A model generated the notes under the pieces. The model saw nothing but the letters and a program-made list of their open reading frames with translations, was not told where the DNA came from and searched no databases. A DNA stretch of 64,000 nt from an uncultured Rivularia sp. (lineage in GTDB: Bacteria > Cyanobacteriota > Cyanobacteriia > Cyanobacteriales > Nostocaceae), in contig OY762007.1 of NCBI GenBank assembly GCA_963665115.1, positions 8,480,001 through 8,544,000 of the forward strand, written 5' to 3'. Every line of letters starts with the position of its first letter. Within the stretch, counting starts at the first letter, position 1. The position numbers were made by a program, and so were the translations under genes. Of the stretch, positions 21,396 to 31,645 are shown piece by piece.

Positions 21396-22013
21396 ATGTT
21401 AGTAACAGAGGTGATGAAAAAAGAGCAAATTTTGAGACAATATATATTGGGAGAAAGAGATTTTAGAAATATTGATTTGTCTCAAATAACTCTTTGTCAA
21501 GTAAACTTATCTTCAAGCGATTTTTCTCAAGCGATTTTAACTCAAGCGAATCTTAAAGGTATTAATTTAAGTCAAGCATTATTGGCTGAAGCTGATTTAA
21601 CGAAGGCTTTTTTAGAGCAAGCGATTTTATGCGGAGCTTCCATGCAGCTAGCGAATTTGAGTCAAGCTGTTTTGACAAAAGCCGATTTGAGAGAGGTAAA
21701 TCTGTGCGAAGCGCTACTATATCAAGCTTCATTAAGGAAAGCTCAGTTGCAAAGAGCGAATTTGAGTCAGGCTATTTTACGAAGGGCATTTTTGCGAGAA
21801 GCAAATTTGAGTCAAGCTAATTTAGGGCAAGCTAATTTAGGGCAAGCTAATTTGATTAATGCGGATTTGAAGGGAGCTTCTTTGGTAGAAGCGAATTTAG
21901 AAGGAGCTTCCTTGGTAGAAGCGAATTTAGAAGGAGCGAATTTGGAAGGAGCGAATTTGAATCGGGCTATTTTAACTGGTGCAGTGATGCCTGATGGCAG
22001 TGTTTATGGGTAA
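21396..22013 (+). CDS. Pentapeptide repeat protein
   Basis: GERDF start, A(N/D)LxX repeats, MPDG end. Confidence 0.9.
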   Translation: MLVTEVMKKEQILRQYILGERDFRNIDLSQITLCQVNLSSSDFSQAILTQANLKGINLSQALLAEADLTKAFLEQAILCGASMQLANLSQAVLTKADLREVNLCEALLYQASLRKAQLQRANLSQAILRRAFLREANLSQANLGQANLGQANLINADLKGASLVEANLEGASLVEANLEGANLEGANLNRAILTGAVMPDGSVYG

Positions 22014-22590
22014 TTGGGGATTGGGAATGGGGGATTGGTAATTGGTAATTGGTAATTGGTAATTGGGTAAAAAGCGACTGGTAAATTTTTCTTGTAGGGT
22101 GTGTGACGCTACGAGAAATTTTGAACGTAGTTACAAGCTTTTTAGCGTCACGCACCACCCGAAAATTATAACTATTTTTAGCTTGTTATAACTGCGAATT
22201 TATTAAATACGATGGCTATATACAGCATATTTCATCTTTGTGTGGTACATTCGGACGGGCAGGGATGCCCATCCCACAAGAGTTTTGTAATATGAGGCTG
22301 TACCTCACTTGTTTGCAAAGTGCTGTAAATATAGATAAAGTGCGGATAATCAAAGATGTTAATATCTTAATCCTGAAAGAACCATCATCTAACTTTCTAT
22401 TAAGGTGTACCTCAATTGAATTATGGGACAATGATAAATTTAAATCATACGATTCGGAATTATGCCGTAAACTGCGTGAAAAAAGATATGGTGTTAGAAA
22501 ACCAATAATGTCTGTTGAAGAATTACCGTAATTATCAATTACCAATTATCAATTACCAATTACCAACTACCAATCCCCAATCCCCAATAC

Positions 22591-23805
22591 TTAATCCAAA
22601 ACTGCCAAAACCTGTTTAGGCAATAACTTATCTTTAAACCAAACTATTTTCGCGGGGACATTCTCTAATTTGACTCCGGCTTTATCTAAGTTTAAACGTT
22701 CGGAAATTGCTAAAATTAAATCGTTCCGTTCGGCTGTTCTAACCTGATAAAATTTCTTTTGTAAATATTCTGGTCGCCAGTATCCAACTATTTCTAATAA
22801 ATAGGTTCTACCGTCGGGATGAACTAAGCGAAAATCGGGAATCATCACGCTACCAGGAATCGGAATTAAATCAACTTCACGCTCTAATACCCATTCGGTT
22901 TTTGCTGAATTCCATTTATTAACAAAAGACGCTTCCAACATACTATCGTATTCTTTTGCTGGTGGATAGTGAGACACCAAACTGCATTCGGAATTGAGCG
23001 TAAAACGTCCGGTTTTCCAATTACCAGAATAAAAATCTTTGACTTGTAAGGTTGCTGCTAAACTCCATCTCGTGACGTGAAGTAAAGCCGGAATTAACTT
23101 GGCGATCGCCAGTCCATATCGCGTACTAGGATTAAATAAACTCGTAGGGCCATCAACAGTAATTGTAAACCCGTGGTCGGCATCTCCTTCGATATAAGAC
23201 ATCAATTGAAACAATTTAAGATAGCGAAATAAAATCTTATATTCACCAGGAGTATTACGGTGAGCATTTATGATTAATTGACTGGCTTTATAGAAAATAC
23301 CTTGAACTTGTGAAAGATTATATCTATGTAACAAAGCTTCTGGAGTCGGAGCGTCAAAAGCGGTTAAAATTTTGTTTTCATTCAAGTCAGCATACAAACC
23401 CTTACTAACTTGTTCCGGTAAAACTTCCTTATCGAGTTCGTGACTTAATTGATCGGCAACTGTTCTCAACGTAAACTTAGCAGTATCGCGACTGGCAACA
23501 GATTTTGCAGCACTAGCGAACACCCTTTCACGTAACATCGGAGGTTCCAAAGGACTTACGACTTCAAAAGTAGAAAAACTGCTTTTAAGAATATGAGCTA
23601 AACCTCGTTTAATTTTATAATCCGTATTATCCCCTTCCATTTCAGCCAGCCGACGTTCAAGTTCACCGTATCGTTCACCAACAGCTTTTTTATAGCAATC
23701 AATCAACTCAACCGCTAACTTTAAATGGAATTTATCAATATTTAATCGCTTTGGAATAATTTGTTCGCCATTTTGACGAAACATCAGTAAATCAGTTGGC
23801 AGCAT
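22591..23805 (-). CDS. DUF790 / Bax1-like endonuclease
   Basis: RYNLSQVQG, DGPTSLF, YDSMLE, IPDFRL...LEIVGYW. Confidence 0.85.
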   Translation of the reverse strand: MLPTDLLMFRQNGEQIIPKRLNIDKFHLKLAVELIDCYKKAVGERYGELERRLAEMEGDNTDYKIKRGLAHILKSSFSTFEVVSPLEPPMLRERVFASAAKSVASRDTAKFTLRTVADQLSHELDKEVLPEQVSKGLYADLNENKILTAFDAPTPEALLHRYNLSQVQGIFYKASQLIINAHRNTPGEYKILFRYLKLFQLMSYIEGDADHGFTITVDGPTSLFNPSTRYGLAIAKLIPALLHVTRWSLAATLQVKDFYSGNWKTGRFTLNSECSLVSHYPPAKEYDSMLEASFVNKWNSAKTEWVLEREVDLIPIPGSVMIPDFRLVHPDGRTYLLEIVGYWRPEYLQKKFYQVRTAERNDLILAISERLNLDKAGVKLENVPAKIVWFKDKLLPKQVLAVLD

Positions 23806-23900
23806 GAATCAATTATCAATTATCAGTTATCAATGGGGAATTGGGCATTGGGCGTTGTTAATTGGTAATTAGTAATTGCTTTCTTCCCCATCTCTTCATG

Positions 23901-24098
23901 TTAATTCTCAAAGTCTGTCTCTTCAATGATTTCTAATGCATAAAAAAGTGCTGCATCTGCATCGGTAAGGGTAGTGCTACCATTTTTAGTCAGATGCTTA
24001 TTAATAACTCTCCAAGCATTTGGATGGCTTTTCCTAAACTTTTGTAATGCATCGAAAACTGGGCGTAAATCCTGATGTAATTCTTGTTTTTTATTCAT
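23901..24098 (-). CDS. Small hypothetical protein (65 aa)
   Basis: MNKKQELHQDL...ETDFEN, co-oriented between the helicase and DUF790 genes; upstream extension is STRR. Confidence 0.5.
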   Translation of the reverse strand: MNKKQELHQDLRPVFDALQKFRKSHPNAWRVINKHLTKNGSTTLTDADAALFYALEIIEETDFEN

Positions 24099-24225
24099 GA
24101 TGTAATTGGTAATTGGTAATTGGTAATTGATATTGGGAGGAGACGAAAATCTCTTCACTACTCCTAACTCCTAACTCTTAACTCCTAATTCTTCCCCCTC
24201 TCCCCCTCTTCCCCTTCTTCCCCCT

Positions 24226-25749
24226 CTAATCTTCATCCTCTTCCCAAATATTCATCTGCTTATTCCGAGTTTTATATTTACCTTCGGACTTCTTCTCGGC
24301 TGCTTTATAACTTCTTCCTCCACCGTTTCCATACACCACCTGTAACCCGGTTCCATCTCTGCGTTCTCTGTGCCTCTGCGTATCAACTCCTCTGCGCCTT
24401 TCTGATGTTCTTTCTTCGCTAGTATCTTCCGCAATTACTTCGTATAAAATAGCGTGTTTGTTCTTCGTATTACCTTTTCTCAAAACTCTTCCCAATCTCT
24501 GAATATATTCCCTCGCCGAACCCGTTCCCGACAATATAATTGCGATGCTGGCTGCGGGTACGTCTACGCCTTCGTTCAGTACGTGAGAGGCTACCAGAGA
24601 TTTGTATTCGCCTTCTTTAAATTTGGTTAGTATCGCGTGTCTTTCCTTTACTGGGGTTTGATGGGTAATTGCGGGAATCAAAAATTCGTTGGAAATTCGA
24701 TAAACTGTGGTGTTGTCGGCGGTAAAAATTAACACTCGCTCTGGATAATGTTTTGCTAATAAATCTGCTAAAATTCTGATTTTCCCATCGGTACCCAAAG
24801 CGATTTCCTTGGCTTCACGATGGGCTAACATAGCACGTCTTCCAGCTTGAGATTTAGCACTCATCTGCACGAATCTTTGCCAACCTTGAATGCTTCCCAA
24901 GGAGATTTTAGAATCTTTTAAAAAATCGTTGCGGGTTTGCATCAATTCGCTGTATCTTTCCCGCTCTACCTTAGATAACTTAACTTTAATTTGAACGATT
25001 TCGTGTTCTGCTAAAGCTTTACCAGCTAAATCTTCGGCTCTTTTACGATAAACTTCCCTACCAATGAGATAGTTTAAATCGGCGTGTTTGCCGTCAGTGC
25101 GCTCTGGTGTTGCACTCAGCCCTAATCGATAAGGTGCGATCGCAAATTCGGCAACAACTTTATTAAAATCGGTTGGTAAATGATGACACTCATCAAAAAT
25201 TATCAGCGCATATTGATTTCCTAACGTTTCTGCATGAATTGCAGCACTATCATAGGTAGAAACTAGTATGGGTGTTCTATCCTTGGAGCCACCACCGAGC
25301 AAACCTATTTGCACGTCGGGAAAAGCAGCTTCCAAATGAGCGTACCATTGATGCATTAAATCTAAAGTTGGTACCACAATTAATGTAGTGCGGGGGGTAG
25401 ATTCCATCGCTAGCTGTGCCAGATAAGTCTTCCCTGCTGCGGTAGGAAGCACAACAACACCTTGTCTTTTTGCTAACTTCCAAGCCTTTAGAGCTTCACT
25501 TTGATGGGGATAAGGTTCCATCACCAAACCCGGAATCATTTCAACAGGATAAAATTCCTTAGCCTCATCAACAAAATCCGTTTTTTCTGCTTGTAAAGCT
25601 TCCACCAAACGACGGTATTCAATCGCTTTGATGCGGAATTTTTCTACTCTGTCATCCCACGTTGCAAAATCCATCCATGCCTTACCGCGTGGAGGTGGAT
25701 GTAAAATTAAAGTACCGCGATTAAATGTTAGCTTTGGTATTCGACCCAT
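24226..25749 (-). CDS. XPB/Rad25-like SF2 DNA helicase
   Basis: LPTAAGKT, DECHHL, LSATPERTDG, NEGVDVP, QRLGRVLR. Confidence 0.88.
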   Translation of the reverse strand: MGRIPKLTFNRGTLILHPPPRGKAWMDFATWDDRVEKFRIKAIEYRRLVEALQAEKTDFVDEAKEFYPVEMIPGLVMEPYPHQSEALKAWKLAKRQGVVVLPTAAGKTYLAQLAMESTPRTTLIVVPTLDLMHQWYAHLEAAFPDVQIGLLGGGSKDRTPILVSTYDSAAIHAETLGNQYALIIFDECHHLPTDFNKVVAEFAIAPYRLGLSATPERTDGKHADLNYLIGREVYRKRAEDLAGKALAEHEIVQIKVKLSKVERERYSELMQTRNDFLKDSKISLGSIQGWQRFVQMSAKSQAGRRAMLAHREAKEIALGTDGKIRILADLLAKHYPERVLIFTADNTTVYRISNEFLIPAITHQTPVKERHAILTKFKEGEYKSLVASHVLNEGVDVPAASIAIILSGTGSAREYIQRLGRVLRKGNTKNKHAILYEVIAEDTSEERTSERRRGVDTQRHRERRDGTGLQVVYGNGGGRSYKAAEKKSEGKYKTRNKQMNIWEEDED

Positions 25750-26547
25750 TTAGAGTTTACCCAACTCTTTGATATTTTTACTAATACCTCATAACGGTGC
25801 ATAATTAATCACCAAAACCAAAATTGAACTCAAATTTAATCTTAAAAATCTTTTATGAATTCAGGATAATTACAGACAAATGTCAGAAGAAATGTTTTTT
25901 ATCTAACTAACTAAATATGAAAAACACTGAATTTAATTAAATCTGTAGATAATAGGTTGGGTTAGACACGATTTGTCAATCTTATGCATTATACCATTCT
26001 CAACGAGCCTTTAGAAACCCGGTTTATTGTTGATTACACAACGTAAAAATCGTGTTTTTACAAAAAGAAACGGGGTTTATGACACTGGTACAAAATGTGA
26101 ATCAATTCCAACTTGCAATCAGAATTTATGTTAATCATGTCGCAACCTAACACCACGTTTGCAGACTAAGATTATTATTCTAGAGGATAATCTTATATTT
26201 AATTGCAATAATTCCAACTGTTGAGAAACCCGTTTTTCTTTGAAAAATCGGGTTTCTGAATTTTCACAAATTATTTAGCTAGTATCAGTGTGTTAGCATA
26301 AATGGTAACGCACTAATAGGTAATAATTTGGTGCATTACAATATTTCAGCTAACACACTCTACTTAACTTAACATTTTTTAAAAATTAAGCAAGTAGCAA
26401 AAATCATACTAGAATTGCACCTACGTAAACTTTGTCTAACGATAAACTGCACTTGCACTAAAATTTTTTCCTACTCGTTACTCGCTATTCCCTACTCCCC
26501 ATTACAATTAGAATTAATAAACAAAATTCATTATAATTATTACTAAA

Positions 26548-28394
26548 GTGTCTGAATCTTTGTCATTACGGGATAAGTATCTGGCTTTAATCGATGAAAT
26601 TGTCCAAGCTACCCTAAAAGGAAAAATTAGCTCTCAAGGGCAAGTATATCAAATGCTGCTCAAGGGCGTTAGCGTGGGGACTGGAGAAGTATTTGAGTTA
26701 GTTTTGAGCGAAATTTTCGATTCTACAACTTTTCAGGTAGAAGCTCAAGCTGATGAATTTAAACAAGCCAAGGCTACCCGTAGTTTAAGAGCATTAAAGA
26801 CAATTCAGACGCAATGGAAGCAAGTTGAAGAACAAAATAAAGCTACAGAATCAATTTTATCTGCTGCTAGAGAAATTACAACAGCACCAGAAAACGAACG
26901 TCTAACTATATTTTTAAGCGTTACCGATCCTAACCGCAAGCATCCTTTAACTCAAAAACAACTCCAGCAGTTAGCAAAATCGTTACAAAAAAATGCGGAG
27001 ACTTTCAAATTAGATTATTTATCAGAATTTGCTCAAGGAATTACTCGCGGCATTAGCTCTTGGGGGAAATTGCAGCAACATTTGATCAGCTGGATGTACG
27101 AACAAAATCGCGCATCGATAGGATTTGGTGGAGTATACCGGGAGAAAATGGTCCTTGGGCAACTTGGGGAAAACAAGTTGATGGGGAATTTAGTAAAGGA
27201 TTATTTAATACTTTAGCCAAACAAGAATCTCCTGTAGAATTTGCTCAAAGTCATCGTAGTATTAGTTTAAGCGACTGGGTTGAATTAACATTAAGTTTGC
27301 AATTTTTGCAGCGAGGATTAGTTAATTGGTTCGATCAACAAGCTTACAATGTCAAAGCTGGTTCTAACTTATCAATTTCAACTTTTTTAACCTTTTCTGT
27401 TATTTGGAGTCAATTAGGAAACGGTTTTGGTGCCGATACTTCCTATGGTAGTGCGGCTTGGCAGATAGTGTTACAAATATTGCGAAACTTTTCTCAAAGA
27501 CCGTATTTTCCTTTATATGGTGGCATCTTCGCTTCGTTTTCAGGTGATTATTTAAAAGGTGCGCTTTCCTATTTAGATGAACCTTTACAAAGAGTAGAAG
27601 GGACTCAAGAAAAAGCCAGAATTTTGACAATTTTAGGTTATTCTCAAAGAGCATTAGGACAATATGAAAGTTCGGTCAAATTTCATCAGCAAGCCTTAGA
27701 AATAGCTCGTAATGCTGAAGATAAAGCTTGTGAAATTGCCAACTTAAATCACCTTAGCCGTACTTTTGTTGAGCAGAAGAATTACACCGAAGCGATAAAT
27801 AATTCTCAACGAGCATTGATATTAAGTAGACAAGCAGGAGATAAAATTTCTGAAGCAAATGCTTTAGCGAATTTAGGCTATAGCGAAGTCATGCAGGCTC
27901 AAGAATCGGAAGAGGAAGCAGATTATGAAATGGCGATCAATTATCTGCAACAAGGTTTGAATTTATCGGAAAAATTGGGCGATTTGCAAAGTAAAGCTTT
28001 GTGTTTAAGTAGTTTGGGTGTAGCTTATATAGTTACCGAGCAAGCCTCAAAAGCAATCAAAAGTTTAGAAGAAGGTTTTAAGACGGCGCAAACTTCAGGA
28101 GATTTGTATTTACAAGGTTTAAATTTAACTAATTTAGCCGAAGCGAACTACAGTTTAGCCAATTTTGAAAGAGCGATTTATACAGCGTCATTAGGAATGT
28201 ATATACTCAATCAAATAGCTTCGCGAGAATGGCATAAACCAGCAAGATTACTATCAATTTTGCAAAATCAATTGGGAGAAGAAGGATTTAAAAAATCATT
28301 AGCAAACAATCGTCCCAAGATGATTTCTTTTATCGGTGTAGATGGTTACGATCATATTCCCCAATTGATAGAAGAGTATCGCAGGAATTCATAA
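26548..28394 (+). CDS. TPR-containing protein; frameshift at about 27135
   Basis: ORF 26548-27216 ends IGFGGV and the overlapping frame continues PGENGPW; GGAGTATACCGGGA has an apparent extra TA; C-terminal TPRs. Confidence 0.8.
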
Positions 28395-28562
28395 TTGCTT
28401 GTAGTTGCGCTTCAGCGCCTCTTATATCAAGATTGTAGGAGAGGCAAATTGCGGTGTAGATTAACTTCGGGCAATATTGCCCTTGTGTTACGACATCGAA
28501 GTTATTTATTAGAGGTAATAAATTTAAATAGTCGTAACGCACCATTTAACTTAAGGAGAAAT

Positions 28563-29234
28563 TTATTTTATAAAAGAATCTAACCTGAAATTATCTATAA
28601 ATTCACCATTTACAATTAATTTGGGTTCTCCATATACCTCAGATTTAACTCCATCAATAACAACCCAATCGGAATCTTTACAAACTAGTATTGCACTACA
28701 GTCTTGCTTAGATTTATTTATTACATCTTTATTTACCACATTTCTAGAAGCATGAGGTACATAATGAAAGTTTATTAAACCTAAACCTTTAGTATCCTTT
28801 AATCCAATATAATTTTCATCACCACACAATGCTGACTCGCTAATATCTGGAGTCATTAGTATAGAGCCAGCGCTAACTCCTATAAGTACTCCTCCTGAAT
28901 TTATATATTCAAATAATTGCTTATCCAATCCGCGTTTAACAATCCAAAACAAAAAACGAAAAGTATTTCCACCCGATAAATGTATTGCATCAGCTTGAAA
29001 AATAAGCTCTATAATATCACTATTGAATCCGTCTTCTAAATCCGTATAAGGATTAAGATTAGCGTTTAATTTAGAATAATACTCTTTAGTTTCATTATAA
29101 TATTTCCGCATTAAATCTGGACACGATGATATGTAACCCACAGTTGGTTTATTTTTTCCGATAAGCTCAATTAACCGAGTTTCAACCTCTTGTGCATTAA
29201 CATATTTATAGTCGCTAAATAGTACAAGCTTCAT
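28563..29234 (-). CDS. Peptidase S51 (peptidase E-like)
   Basis: HLSGGNT, GVSAGS nucleophile, GLGL..FHYVPH. Confidence 0.85.
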   Translation of the reverse strand: MKLVLFSDYKYVNAQEVETRLIELIGKNKPTVGYISSCPDLMRKYYNETKEYYSKLNANLNPYTDLEDGFNSDIIELIFQADAIHLSGGNTFRFLFWIVKRGLDKQLFEYINSGGVLIGVSAGSILMTPDISESALCGDENYIGLKDTKGLGLINFHYVPHASRNVVNKDVINKSKQDCSAILVCKDSDWVVIDGVKSEVYGEPKLIVNGEFIDNFRLDSFIK

Positions 29235-29308
29235 GATATTTTTTATATATAAAACTATCCGGTTTTAAGTATAGATGTAATCAAGCGCTAAAGCGCAACT
29301 ACCAACCT

Positions 29309-30280
29309 ATGACTAAAATAATTTTCGATACAGATCCTGGTGGTGATGACATATTCGCTTTATTGTGGCTGCTAAGCTTGCAAAAACAAGGTTTAGCAGA
29401 GTTAATCGCAGTTACTACCGCTGAAGGCAATATCAATTCTAAATTGACTTTTATTAATGCTAGTAAAGTTTTGAGTTTAGCAGGTTTTGAACAAGTAGAA
29501 TTAGCGCGAGGTGTAACGGTAAAAAATCCTCAAGCCGATGCTGCTTATATTCACGGTTTGGATGGTATGGGTAATATATCAAATAATTTACCCGCAGCTA
29601 AACATGATTTCGATAGTGCGATTTATTCCGATGACTTAATTATAGATAAACTTAATGCTCATCCTGGAAAAATTACCATCCTCGCAGTTGCACCTTTAAC
29701 TAATTTAGCTGCTGCTGAAACTAAATGTCCCGGTATTCTAAGAAAAGCGAAAGAAATAGTGATTATGGGAGGTGCTTTCAAAGTACCAGGAAACGTTACT
29801 CCTCACGCCGAATTTAATATTTTTTATAATCCCGAAGCCGCTGAAAAAGTATTTGCTAGCTGCAATAATATTGTAGTTTTACCTTTAGATATTACCGAAC
29901 AATTACTTTTTACTCCAGAAATGGCAGAGGATATTGTAAGTAATTCTAAAAGTAATTTAACTAAATTTATATCTGATTTGTGTAAGTTTATGACAGAAAC
30001 TAACTTACGGCATCGTCAAACTAAAGGAATAAAAGGTTTTCTCCTTCATGATGGTGCTGCTGTCGCTTATCTTTTTTATCCCGAAACTCTACTCTTTCGT
30101 CGTGCTCAAGTAGATATTGAAACTAAAGGCGATCGCACTTTGGGTAAAACTCTTTTTGATGAGAGATTTACAGCTAAAACTGATGCTAATGCTTGGGTTG
30201 CGCTACAGGTTGACAAGGAAGGTTTGTTGGCTAGTTTGCTTGAGGATTTTAATTTTTTGTGTATGCAAAATGGATTTTAA
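29309..30280 (+). CDS. Inosine/uridine-preferring nucleoside hydrolase
   Basis: DTDPGGDD, PLTNLA, MGGAF..GNVTPHAEFN, LHD. Confidence 0.92.
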   Translation: MTKIIFDTDPGGDDIFALLWLLSLQKQGLAELIAVTTAEGNINSKLTFINASKVLSLAGFEQVELARGVTVKNPQADAAYIHGLDGMGNISNNLPAAKHDFDSAIYSDDLIIDKLNAHPGKITILAVAPLTNLAAAETKCPGILRKAKEIVIMGGAFKVPGNVTPHAEFNIFYNPEAAEKVFASCNNIVVLPLDITEQLLFTPEMAEDIVSNSKSNLTKFISDLCKFMTETNLRHRQTKGIKGFLLHDGAAVAYLFYPETLLFRRAQVDIETKGDRTLGKTLFDERFTAKTDANAWVALQVDKEGLLASLLEDFNFLCMQNGF

Positions 30281-30565
30281 ACGCAAAGGAACACAGAGGT
30301 TTAAAAAAGAATGATATTAACCGTAATTTTTTAGTTAACTGTATTTAATAGAACTTTACTTCTACTGATGTCACGAGTAAAAGTAAAGGTGTTTGACTTA
30401 ACTTAAATCAGGAAAAATTGATAATTAAATAATTAGTATGCCTTTTAGGGTAGTTGTAGCTGGTGCTAAATATACTATAGGATGATGTCAAAATACTCGG
30501 TTGCGGAATAAATTAAGAAAGTGAGAAAATCTAATCCAAGTTTAAAAGTTATGTATATCTAAATT

Positions 30566-31579
30566 ATGAAAAGCCTTGCATCGCATTATCAAAAAATCAA
30601 GGAAAACCTCAAGTCTCGTTTGGATGCTGTAAATACAGTTGAGGAAGTAGTAATAGTTGTTAGAGATGAAATAAACCAGCTTACCGATCTTAACGGTGAA
30701 TATATCAAAGAATTAACTCCACCGCAAGCACGTTTGGCTCGAAATATGTTGGGGGGAATGCAAGAAAATATTCAGATATTAGCTTCTGTTGAATTACAAG
30801 ATTTAAGTATAAAGGTTTCAGAAAAGTCTTTTGATATTTCTGATGTGCAAGCGGAGTTGAATAAAAACATTTTATCACCTTTGAGCAATGCGATTCAAAC
30901 TCAAAAAAATATTCAAAATTGGACATCACCTAATTATTATAAACAGATAGTTTTACAACCTTTACAAAAAAGTCGCGTTGTCATCAGCAGCTTGTTAGCA
31001 GCAGGTTTAGCGGGTACTTTGGAAGGAGGAATCACTTGGGGTTTGGTGGGAGCAGCAATCGGTTTAATTTCCGGTGGTGTGTTTAGTCAGGTTGTGAAAC
31101 AAAAGCAATTACCTGGTGTAGGTTCTAATTTGCTGGAAGAAGTTATTCAAAATAAACCTAAAATAATTATAGATACTAATAAATTACTTAATTATTTATC
31201 CCAGAATTTTCAATCGATTGACCAAACAGTTTTAGGTTACGGTGTAAAAGAAGAAAAGTCGTCGCAACCCAATTTAGAAAATAATTTAGATTTATTAGAA
31301 TATCTCCAAGAATTAATGGCAGATGCGCTTGATGAAGAAACTAAATTACCAATTTCAGTACGCAGACGCATCGAACAAGCAATCACAATTTTAAGAAGTT
31401 ATGGCATTGAAGCGAAAATATATCAACCCGAACTTTCAACGAATAAAGCTTGGGATATGTTCTATTTTGAACCAAGTATCGATCCAAATATTACCGATTA
31501 TGTGACATTAAAACACGCTTTTGTGAAAGATGAAAAAGTGCTGTTGCCGGGAAGCGTTATTGAACCCTCATCTAATTAA
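30566..31579 (+). CDS. Hypothetical membrane protein with a glycine-rich TM hairpin and a GrpE-like C-terminal domain
   Basis: LLAAGLAGTLEGGITWGLVGAAIGLISGGVF; C-terminus LRSYGIE...YVTLKHAFVKDEKVLLPGSVIEP resembles the GrpE beta domain. Confidence 0.6.
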   Translation: MKSLASHYQKIKENLKSRLDAVNTVEEVVIVVRDEINQLTDLNGEYIKELTPPQARLARNMLGGMQENIQILASVELQDLSIKVSEKSFDISDVQAELNKNILSPLSNAIQTQKNIQNWTSPNYYKQIVLQPLQKSRVVISSLLAAGLAGTLEGGITWGLVGAAIGLISGGVFSQVVKQKQLPGVGSNLLEEVIQNKPKIIIDTNKLLNYLSQNFQSIDQTVLGYGVKEEKSSQPNLENNLDLLEYLQELMADALDEETKLPISVRRRIEQAITILRSYGIEAKIYQPELSTNKAWDMFYFEPSIDPNITDYVTLKHAFVKDEKVLLPGSVIEPSSN

Positions 31580-31645
31580 ATAACAGAGGGAATGGGGAAC
31601 AGGGAATAGGGAATAGAGGAAAAATATAGGAGATAATATAAACAA

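Noticed and set aside
22238..22531. 97-aa plus-strand ORF and 109-aa antisense ORF
   Set aside because: The start lies in repeat family C and no motif was recognised; at most a gene remnant
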